DNA of 63,389 nt, filler included, from Octopus bimaculoides (lineage: Eukaryota): assembly GCF_001194135.2 (NCBI RefSeq). It is 6 parts of 6 records of this genome, joined end to end, with 100 filler letters (N's around TTAATTAATTAA, not from the genome) between each part and the next. Parts side by side here need not be neighbours in the genome. Positions count along the whole stretch, not along the records: positions 51,376 to 54,968 come from NC_068992.1; positions 55,069 to 56,486 come from NW_026428189.1; positions 56,587 to 60,337 come from NC_069005.1; positions 60,438 to 63,389 come from NC_068994.1; 2 more parts are not named here. One strand, given 5' to 3'. The notes under the pieces were generated by a model that had not been told where the DNA came from, did no database searches, and saw nothing but the letters and a program-made list of their open reading frames with translations. A program made the translations under genes and the position numbers. Below, one piece after another: positions 53,688 through 63,389 of the stretch (positions are counted from its first letter, which is position 1; every line of letters starts with the position of its first letter).

Positions 53688-53822
53688 AGGAATGAAAATC
53701 CAGGTTCGAAATTTCCCCAAGACACCTGATGAAGGCTGGAGGGTATATCAGCCGAAATGTTGTGGTAACAACAAACAATATGATGACAAATATCCGTCAA
53801 ATGTAAATAATGTAAATAATGT
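53688..53822 (+). mobile_element. Family 1 hammerhead element, copy C (5'-truncated)
   Basis: ggaatgaaaatccaggttcgaaatttccccaaGACACCTGATGAAGGCTGGAGGGTATATCAGCCGAAATGTTGTGGT...tgtaaataatgt; hammerhead at 53721-53766 has two substitutions. Confidence 0.8.
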
Positions 53823-54125
53823 ATGTATATATATATATATATATATATAAGCGTACATACACATACACAAACTTGCATCAGTGTATGTACTCCTAGAAGA
53901 AATGGAAAACAAGTAACATCGCGTGCAAGAATCGAACTCCGGCCTGCAGCAGACAGTATCACTGTGATCACCACCACAGTTAAGCAACACAAATATTCAA
54001 CTATTCAAATTCAATTCAAAGTAAGTCTCTCTACCGACGCTTATATAATAACATACATATACATAGACTCTCTCTCTCTCTCACACACACACACACATAT
54101 ATTATACATATATGTACATATATAC

Positions 54126-54208
<83 letters not shown>

Positions 54209-54968
54209 AATACATATATATATATGTATATATATATATATGTATATACATATATATATGTATGTATATATACAAATGTACATACATTTATACACACATG
54301 TACGCACATATACACCCGCCACGCACACACACAATTATATACAAATACACACATATTTGTTGTTGCAAATACATATATAAATTTAAACGTATTTATAAAT
54401 ATTTTGACATACACACATATATGTTAATTCTTTTGTAATGGATTAGAAAAGACGAAAATAAGATATAAGAGATTAACAAAGAGAGCCACGAACTAATCCA
54501 GTTAAAATGTAAATTCATGCTTTTAACCAATAAATTTATTTCAATAGAGAAATTCATATATTCATATTTAGAAATGAAATATTTCATACGTGTGATCCGC
54601 ATAAAAACAATAACTGAGATCATATTTCCAGTTTTAATGCACAGATCATAAATATCTGAACAATTAATGAATATTTAATAGGGAAAAAAATATATTTTAA
54701 GGGTTGAATTGTATTGGCTGTACAGTTTTCTGACGGGAACTGCAGACATGGCGCTGCTAAAGTGTTTTAGTTTATGTTAGTTGTGCGCCATTAGTCTTGT
54801 AGCTTAGCATTTCATCGATAGAGATCTATAGAGTAATTACCAGTCTGAAATACTCATTGGAGACGGTGAGGCGATCGTCGACAAATAAGTCGAATGAATG
54901 ACAAGAATACATACCTACATGCACACATATATGTACATGTAAGTATATATATATATATATATATATAT

Positions 54969-55068
54969 NNNNNNNNNNNNNNNNNNNNNNNNNNNNNNNN
55001 NNNNNNNNNNNNTTAATTAATTAANNNNNNNNNNNNNNNNNNNNNNNNNNNNNNNNNNNNNNNNNNNN
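54969..55068. other. Artificial contig linker 44N-TTAATTAATTAA-44N
   Basis: Same 100-nt construct. Confidence 0.97.
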
Positions 55069-55318
55069 CTACTACTACTCGATATTATTAAATGTTATTG
55101 CTGGTGATGTTGAAAATGCTTTATTAAGTAAAGTGAAAGTTGTGTTGTGTCATTAAGAAGTGGGTGTAGTCGTCAGCTGACTTTTCATATAAAAACAACG
55201 ATAATTTATATTTCTACTCCACATTACAAAACTAACAAGCNNNNNNNNNNNNNNNNNNNNNNNNNNNNNNNNNNNNNNNNNNAAAAAGTAAGTTAGATAT
55301 ATTCCTAACAATTTTATA

Positions 55319-56486
55319 ATGCCTAACGCAAACGATACAAGTTCGGATCAGGTTTTTCAGGACGCTATTCATGGATCTATGGAGTTGCCACCACTCTGTG
55401 TNNNNNNNNNNNNNNNNNNNNNNNNNNNNNNNNNNNNNNNNNNNNNNNNNNNNNNNNNNNNNNNNNNNNNNNNNNNNNNNNNNNNNNNNNNNNNNNNNNN
55501 NNNNNNNNNNNNNNNNNNNNNNNNNNNNNNNNNATGTCATCTAGCTGGGAAAATGATTCGCCATCTTAAGCAGCAAGATTCCAATTTGGGTATAACTGAT
55601 AGAGATATACTATGTGTTGAAATTGCTGGTTTGTGCCACGNNNNNNNNNNNNNNNNNNNNNNNNNNNNNNNNNNNNNNNNNNNNNNNNNNNNNNNNNNNN
55701 NNNNNNNNNNNNNNNNNNNNNNNNNNNNNNNNNNNNNNNNNNNNNNNNNNNNNNNNNNNNNNNNNNNNNNNNNNNNNNNNNNNNNNNNTGAAATTGATTT
55801 CATAAAAGATATTATTATTGGTGAACAAAGGAAGTCTAAGAAGTCAAATTTCTTTTACCAAATTGTCAGCAATAATTTCTATAACATTGACGTTGACAAA
55901 TGGGATTATCTGGCGAGAGATTCCCATTTTCTTGGCATTGGAACATCCTTTGATCACGAAAGAATGCTGAAAATGTCCAAAGTAATAGATGGCACGCTAT
56001 GCTACAGAGACAAAACGCTTAAANNNNNNNNNNAAATTTCTATGATATGTTTTATTCACGATATCGACTACATAACACGGCTTACCAGCACAAAACTGTT
56101 CTCCTGCTTAATAAACTACTTGGCGATGCTTTCAATTCCGCAGATAAACACCTCGCAATTTTCGAGAGGGTGGACGATATGAAGAAATTTACTTATTTTA
56201 CTGATAGTATTTTGGAGGAGATGTTAAAGTGTGAGGGGAGTGAATGTCTCGAAGACGCCCAGAAAAAACTGAAGGCTATAATCGGTCGGTCTTTTGCATA
56301 CAAAGGCACCGTCACAGACACAATCGAGGGCACAATCACGGGCACATTCGAAGACAGTGATACGAGGAGAAATACAAGGAAGAGGAGAATCGATGCCAAA
56401 TTTCGGGCCGATTGTAGAGAACAGGGCACATTCAGGGAAGCAATCAAGGATAAGAAACTGAAGCAGATCAAGTGCACAATCGTTGG
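55319..56486 (+). CDS. SAMHD1: SAMHD1-like HD-domain dNTP triphosphohydrolase, no SAM domain, apparently intronless, 3'-incomplete
   Basis: VFQDAIHGSMELPPL (SAMHD1 VINDPIHGHIELHPL), CHLAG, CVEIAGLCH(D), IVSN..YNIDVDKWDYLARDSHFLG..FDHERM, CYRDK..NFYDMFYSRYRLHNTAYQHK, DAFNSAD, DDMKKFTYFTDSI. Frame is preserved across the 132-N and 148-N gaps. The 10-N gap at 56024 is a placeholder at an apparent overlap (RDKTLK|NFYDMF). Confidence 0.93.
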
Positions 56487-56586
56487 NNNNNNNNNNNNNN
56501 NNNNNNNNNNNNNNNNNNNNNNNNNNNNNNTTAATTAATTAANNNNNNNNNNNNNNNNNNNNNNNNNNNNNNNNNNNNNNNNNNNN
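56487..56586. other. Artificial contig linker 44N-TTAATTAATTAA-44N
   Basis: Same 100-nt construct. Confidence 0.97.
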
Positions 56587-57349
56587 TTTTAGGAAAATAA
56601 AAATAAGAAATAAGTGGAAATTTTACCGGTGAGTGTGTTCAATTTTAAGGCACAATAAGAAAATGACTCTCCCCAGACACAACAGAACATGATATAATGT
56701 GTTACTAGAAGTTTCATTTATTGAAAAACACCTCAAACATATTCATCTAAAAATTGAACGAGAGAAGAAACACAAAAGTTGAGAAAGAAACTTATAGAAA
56801 ATATGGAAGGTTAAAAAACAGAAGCCGTAAAAGGGAAAACGAATAAGAACAATTTAAACCGTAAAAAAGTTTTAAAAGTTCTCTTCCTATGACCTTAAAT
56901 TATAAGGCTGGAAAGATATCAATAAGTTAATCAGGCAAAGGCAGAATTTTCCAATTCTTCAAAATGTATTTCAACATGTTTCCAGCCACTGAAAATTCCA
57001 GACCTAGATCTTAGTATTAGTGGCACATATTAACATCTATTGTGTCTATTAAATGATATTTATCTCTCACCAGATGGTATACTCTTTTGTTGATCTTACC
57101 ATCATGGAACAGTACACTATATATATATATATATATATACATACCGGAGTAAGCACATAAATGTGCAACAAGGTGGAAAAAAGAGTACTCAAATACCAGA
57201 GGTAGAGTAATATGCTTTATTTAAAAGTATATACACACAAACACACACACACACACACACATGCATGAGTCATCTCAGAGTCCATAAGTCAGGGGAAAAT
57301 TGCACTCGTATATCTGTCAATAGAGTGGGTATATTAGCCGAAATGTAGA

Positions 57350-57663
57350 GTATTATTTATCCATCATGGCTGATCTGATCTAACCAATTGGTTTCATGCT
57401 AGGGATACAATGGAATGTTAGGTAACAATCTGATTATATAACCTTGTCCTCATCAGAGTGAGTCAATATGGAAAGGAACATGGTGACTGCTCTCTACTGT
57501 CTCTACTGCCAGCCCTGACAATAGAGAGCAGTCACTATATTCCTTTCCATATCGACTAACTCTGATGAGGACAAGGTTATATAATTGGATTGTTGTCTAA
57601 CACTCCATTGTATCCCTAATGCGAAACTGATCGGTAACATCTTCCATGATGGATATATAATAC
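57350..57663. repeat. Long inverted repeat (about 145-bp arms, 25-nt spacer)
   Basis: 57350-57496 is the diverged reverse complement of 57522-57663 (for example ataaccttgtcctcatcagagt / actctgatgaggacaaggttat). Confidence 0.9.
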
Positions 57664-59260
57664 TGTACATTTCAGATAATATGTGTATAGATAGATAGAT
57701 AGATAGATAGATAGAAAAACAACTAGGTATAAATTTCTGAGCAAGAAATATGTAAAAACAGTACTGTACAGTAAAGTCTATTTGCCAACACAATGTGGCA
57801 GTCCTATACAGGACGGTGTTACTACTTTTTAGCCCCAGGAAAACGTCTTTTTCAGCTGGCTACCAACACATGACCTGTGTCCATATATATATGTATATAT
57901 ATATGTAAAGGTCCACTACATATATATATATATCAAAATAAGCAACAAGGATATCCTTGTTGCTTATTTTGATTTTAATCACCTTATTTTGATATTGTAT
58001 GGATAATACCGTACTAAATACTGGTTCCTCAATGTTGGATATATACTATTTTATGAATTTCTTGATGCTTATACAAAATGATTGAATGAATGCTAATTTT
58101 CATGATAATAATTATTTATTATTTATTAAATTAAGATGAGATTAAAACAAATTTATTTTTTGTGTATTTGCAAAATTCCAAGTTATCAATATTGTTGATA
58201 TGCAACTTATGATGATGATGTTGTTGTTGTTGCTGCTGCTGCTGTTTAACCCAGGGCAGGTCTGATCAAGCAGACTTATGATTAAAGACAATGACATTGA
58301 TAAAGATAGTAACCATCCTGTCTTTTATTGAAGCATAAAATATCTACACTAAATGAATCCAATATGTCCTTCAACAGTGGAGTATGATTTGAAGGTGATT
58401 TGGCTGCTGTTTCTAGCAATTTGAACACATGTACAAAGGTTGTCTTGTTGTTCACCTCCAGATTGGCCCTGATTGAACAGACTATACATTATCAAATGGG
58501 TGCTTTTTTTTTCCCCCATTAAATTGCATATCAAATTGAGGGACATTTGGCTGCTATTTCTAGCAAGTTGCACTACACAGCCACAAAGAGGATCCTTCAT
58601 TAGTTCATGTTGTTGTTGTTGTTATTGTCGATGATGATGATGATGATGATTGAGATGATAAGGATGATGGTAGTGGTGGTGGTGGTGGTGGGAATGACTG
58701 CAGCTCTAAGAGCAATGGTGATCAATGATGATGATGATGATGGTAGTGATGATGTTGATGGTGGTGGTGGTGGCGATGGTCCTTTGTGACTGGTGACAAC
58801 AGCATCATTTAGTGCTGTTTGTGGTGATTTACGATGACACAAAAAACATCAGTGATGCTAATGATGACGATGACAATGTCGATGGTGACAATGGATGGCT
58901 TTGTCAAGTCAGTTCTAGGTCAAGACGGCACATCTAGAGGGAGCTACTGGTCTATATAATCATACCAAGTGGATTTGACTTCTGCCTCAGTCCACCTAAC
59001 TAAATACAGGTGCCACTCTCACTCAGTTGTTGCGTGGTGAAGGAGGAGTGTCCAACCATAAAGTAACTGTTCCAACAATTTCATGCTAAAGTTCAAATTT
59101 GCAGACCCATTCAACCGTTTCTAAAATGGAAAAATGGATGGGTATGAAAATGTATTCAGATGTGGCCAATGATTTTGTAATCGGTACACACAAACACACA
59201 CATATGCAAATATTTATACATATATATATATATATATATTATGGAGATGTACTTGCAAAT

Positions 59261-59317
59261 CGTCCAACCCATGCTAGCATGGAAAGCGGACGTTAAACAA
59301 CGATGATGATGATGATG
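59261..59317 (+). mobile_element. Retroposon 3' tail (hairpin plus (GAT)n), RTE-type LINE/SINE end
   Basis: ccaacccatgctagcatggaaagcggacgttaaac...gatgatgatg: palindromic ccatgctagcatgg stem and a microsatellite tail. Confidence 0.55.
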
Positions 59318-59355
59318 AATATATATATGTATGTGTGTGTGTGTGTGTGTGTATG

Positions 59356-59396
<41 letters not shown>

Positions 59397-59607
59397 TGTA
59401 TCAGGACAATTGCCCTCCTAGGACAATTACCCCCAATAGGACTGACAATTCCCCCCAACGACAACTACCCCACAGGCCAATTACTCCCCCCCACCTTGGT
59501 TAATTACCCCCTTTCCAATATATTAAAAAGTTTTAAATCATCGTCTGTTGTCCTCAGGGGTAATTGTCCTTGTGGGGTTATTGTCCATGGGGGCTAAATG
59601 TCCTAAA

Positions 59608-59610
<3 letters not shown>
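59397..59610. mobile_element. MITE-like element with modular inverted termini (GGACAATT-CCCC subrepeats)
   Basis: About five direct ggacaattNcccc modules on the left and three inverted ggggtaattgtcc modules on the right, around an AT-rich core. Confidence 0.6.
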
Positions 59611-59649
<39 letters not shown>

Positions 59650-60059
59650 AGCACATATGTATATACATGTGTGTGTGTGGGTGTGTGTGTCTCTGGGTGT
59701 ATTCTTTTACAATTAAAACTTGCCACACAAAGAATCTGGTCATCTGAGTCTGAGCCACCTAAATTGGCCATACCTATGCTTGTGAGAACTAAACAATAAC
59801 ACAACTTCCATTTCAAAGAAAGATTTTCCTGCACAACCACCTTCCAAGCCCCCAACATATCCTGCCTAATCATTTGTACACATAATTTCCAACTCACCCA
59901 TAAAAAAAAAAAATCAAAAGAGAAAAATAAAAAAATAGAAAATACAATTTGCAACGACAGACATGAAACATAATAACCGGATAATGTAATGCAGCTAATG
60001 CAGTACATATTCTTTATAACAAATAAATAAAGGGGACGCTTTAGATACAAATAATTACA

Positions 60060-60337
60060 GAGGCATCAAGCTGTTAGATCAGGTTATGAAAGTTACAGAG
60101 AGGGTCATAGCCCAACTAATTAGGGAGCGAATCAATTTAGATGAGATGCAGTTTGGGTTCGTGCCAGGTAAAAGCACTACTGATGCCTTATTTCTAGTGA
60201 GACAGTTGCAAGAGAAATACCTAGCCAAGGATAAACCTCTGTACCTGGCTTTCGTTGACATGGAGAAAGCCTTTGACAGGGTCCCCCGATCCCTTATCTG
60301 GTGGTCAATGAGGAAACTTGGGATAGAAGAATGGCTA
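60060..60337 (+). mobile_element. RTE-clade LINE reverse transcriptase fragment (in frame, truncated by block end)
   Basis: RGIKLLDQVMKVTERVIAQLIRERINLDEMQFGFVPGKSTTDALFLVRQLQEKYLAKDKPLYLAFVDMEKAFDRVPRSLIWWSMRKLG. Confidence 0.93.
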
Positions 60338-60437
60338 NNNNNNNNNNNNNNNNNNNNNNNNNNNNNNNNNNNNNNNNNNNNTTAATTAATTAANNNNNNN
60401 NNNNNNNNNNNNNNNNNNNNNNNNNNNNNNNNNNNNN
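60338..60437. other. Artificial contig linker 44N-TTAATTAATTAA-44N
   Basis: Same 100-nt construct. Confidence 0.97.
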
Positions 60438-62977
60438 CCCAACGTACATGGGAAGGAGGGCGGTACGAATTATGGTACCTGCAGTCCTACCAGGCTTGGA
60501 TCTATGGTGGATTCTTGCATGTATTTGTAGGGACTGCAGGAAAAATCTCCTGGACGTTAAAAGATCGAGGAGAGAGAATTGGGTTGGGACTACCTTGGAG
60601 GTTCTTCTCCACGTGAAGCCAGAGAAGTTTGAGAAAGTCCCCGACTTGATTTTTCTTTCGAATGGAGGAGAACTAAGGCTGAACGTGGAGGGCAGAATGC
60701 CGAGGTGCCACGATTGGGGTTCAATGGACCACTTACGGTTTTTCTTCCACAGAACCAGAACAGAAGGGCAGAAAGAAATGTCCAAACGAAAGTATCACAA
60801 CCCATGAGTCGACAAGAACAACAGGAAGGTAAGGGAATAGAAACAGAAATGGAACCCAAGGAGACAAAACAGGCAGATGTTACAGTAAAGGTGGAAGTGG
60901 GAATAGCGCCAGCAGCAAAGTGGGAAGCTACAGTAGCAGGAGCAACAACAACAACTACATGAGAACCAGAACAAACAACACGAGAAGAAAACATACAAGA
61001 CACGGACTCCTCCACGCGTCCAGGTGATGATGAGAGGGAAGTCCAAAAGGCAAGTAAACGAAGAAAGAGACACAAAAAAGGGAGAAATCCAAGAGACGGC
61101 AAACACAGACACACTGACGACAACACTACAAACACCACAAACACCTACAACAGAATCAAAAACACAACAAACCTTAAAACGAAAAATGTCTCAACAGCCA
61201 TCTGCACAGAGCGGAACTTCGTGCTAGTTAAAAGCTGATGGCCCTCATAGCACAAAACAAGAACATTGAAAGAGGGCGTGATCTGCAGCCCCACCACTTT
61301 TAGACTACCGGAGAGCCTAATGATGGTGCGAATGACATTTGAGACTTATATGAACATTAAGCGGAGCTTCCCGTATGACAGTGGATCTCCCAGTGTAATG
61401 GCCAGCAGATGGTTGTTAAGGGGGTTCCCAGGAGAACCCAACAAAACAGACAGGGTGGGAGAACCACTCGACCACAAACAGCACCAGGAGCGTACGTGAT
61501 ACTCCCTTTTTCCTTTCCTTACTCCCTGGCCAATATGGCGGTTATTAAAGTAGTTTGTATAAATGTACGTGGCCTGAGGTCGTCGTGGAAGCACGGACGC
61601 TTTTGCAACGATCTTAGGTGGCTAAGTTTGGATGTAATAGCCATCAGTGAGACCAGGATCGCGGACAAATGGGTCTTGGCTCACATTTTTGATGATTTTA
61701 AGATTTTGCATTCTGTTAGTCGACCAGGAATGGGGGTGGGGGCAATGTTATTCAGAAAAGGCCTGGATCTCAAAATACGGTCGGTCATCCTGGACTCGGA
61801 AGGTAAGTCGGTAGTCCTAGACATGAACGATAGAAAAGGCAGTGCTTTTAGACTGGTTACAGTGTACGCACCGACTGGAATGGGGCACCCGGAGTTCTTC
61901 AGACACCTAGAGGCCTTTCTCAGACGTCTCGCTCTTTAGTGCAAGTGGGCGATTGGAACGCCATTTTGTATGCACGTGTGGATTGGGTGGGGCTAGCGGA
62001 TAAGAAAGGCAGTTACGCAAGCCTCCCAAACCTGCTCAATCGGTTCCAGCTAGCGGACAGGTTCAGACTGGATTTCCCGAACACTCCTGTGTGAACATGG
62101 GCAAACAGTGTCGGATCACCCAGATCTTATTTCGATAGAGTATTTTGTAGGCTAGCAGATAGGAATAGCATAGGGTGTCCACAATTTGGATTCGTCAACT
62201 ACACAGACTACACATTTGTGATCTGTACGGTTGACCTAGATAGGTTCCATAGGCAGGGATCCAGATACTGGGAGCTGAACGTGTCCTTCCCGGCGCGTCA
62301 AGCTTTCAGAGACCGGCTTAGCAAGTTAGTCCATCGAAAGCTGACTGGTGCAGTTGCCAACAACCGATGGTGAGTGGGATGGGGGCTAAACGCGGTAGAA
62401 TTCAGCAGAGAACTAGCGATAGAGAAGAGGAAGACCTAGTTAGGAAATTAGAAGAGGCACACAGGAGAAGCATAGCAGCCAATGTGCTGGCAACGAGATT
62501 AGTTCTGAACCAATTCTTCAACACCAAGCATGAAGGTTGCATTGTCAGAGCTAGGGCGCGTGGTCTAGAGCAGGAGGGAACGAAGGCTGTTCGATGGGCC
62601 CAGGTGGTCGAGGCGTAACGTGGTACTAAAACTACAATTCGGTCGGGACGGGCGCATGCTACACGAGTCGAAGCAGATATGTGCGGAATTTCAGCGGCAC
62701 TTTGCTGAACTTTACAGGAATGCGGTTACCCGGAGGCGGAGGTGAACATCACTTCCTACTTTGATGGTATGCCACGGCTTTCGGCCAGGGACGTGGAGTT
62801 CTACGAAATGCCGATAACAGCTGAAGATATACGTGACGCGTTGGCTAGTTGCATGAGGGAGAGGATTCCGGGATTGGATGGTCTGCCCTTCGAGCTTTAT
62901 ATACATATGCCAGACTTGTTTGGTGAGCTTTTGGCAGACGTCTATTGCAACTGGCAGCAGAATGGGAGAATACCCGG
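60438..62977 (+). mobile_element. Decayed L1/Tx1-clade LINE: ORF1 remnant, APE endonuclease and start of RT
   Basis: ORF1 ends in a zinc-knuckle-like PRCHDWGSMDHL. From 61535: MAVIKVVCINVRGL...DVIAISET...RLVTVYAP...GDWNAIL (APE), then LASC...IPGLDGLPFELY...LADVYCNWQQNGRIP (RT N-terminus). Multiple stops. Confidence 0.9.
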
Positions 62978-63345
62978 TTCAAATGCATGGATACAAAATA
63001 CATGCAGTCTGAAAACGTAGAGCAAGGCCGAATAGAAGTGGGAAGCGATGAAATCGAAGAAGTGAATGAGTACATATACTAGGGGCACACAGTGAATATG
63101 TATCGTGACAAGCATGCTAAAATCTCGAGGAGAATAAGGGTAGGATGGTGTAACCGTAATGAAAGATGTGTTCAAAGCAAAGCTGAACAAGACCTTATGT
63201 ACCAGTTTAATGGTACTGGTCTATCCTGCGCTTTTATATGCAATTAAGATATGGGCTGCTACGAAGAGAGAAGAACGTCGATTGACTACGATGTAAAAAG
63301 GCCATGGAAAGACCTCTGCTATTAATATCATTGCAAGAGCGTATA
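62978..63345 (+). mobile_element. RTE-clade LINE RT fragment abutting the L1/Tx1 element
   Basis: IEVGSDEIEEVNEYIYLGHTV...KISRRIRVGW, with downstream remnants of the LYA.E.WA...QRAMER pattern. Confidence 0.8.
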
Positions 63346-63389
63346 CGATATATGTACGTACGTACGTATATATATATATATATATATAT

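Noticed and set aside
55069-63389. Apparent cluster of SAMHD1-like gene with RTE and L1 elements as a defence or anti-defence locus
   Set aside because: Separated by artificial linkers at 56487 and 60338; adjacency is not biological evidence.

Overview
AT-rich, microsatellite-dense animal DNA. The SINE, LINE and simple-repeat families look like octopus (cephalopod); this is an inference from recognised repeat families. The window is not one locus. It is six sequence blocks joined by an artificial 100-nt linker (44 N + TTAATTAATTAA + 44 N) at 30071, 51276, 54969, 56487 and 60338, so adjacency across linkers means nothing. Most of the content is decayed mobile DNA: RTE, R4/Dong-like, L1/Tx1, CR1/L2 and Penelope-like retroelements, Tc1 and maT DNA transposons, tRNA-derived SINEs and MITE-like elements. 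The protein-coding signal is one apparently intronless SAMHD1-like dNTP triphosphohydrolase lacking the SAM domain (55319-56486) and one well-bounded orphan exon (566-754, minus strand). The most interesting unexplained structure is a set of minimal Penelope-type hammerhead ribozyme motifs from at least three sequence families. One family sits at the 3' end of a short non-coding element with a tRNA-derived Pol III head, an (AAT)n linker and a Penelope-style inverted 5' terminus. That element is a candidate hammerhead-bearing SINE/retrozyme hybrid, and its best copy is parasitised by a (TAA)n-targeting Dong-like LINE.
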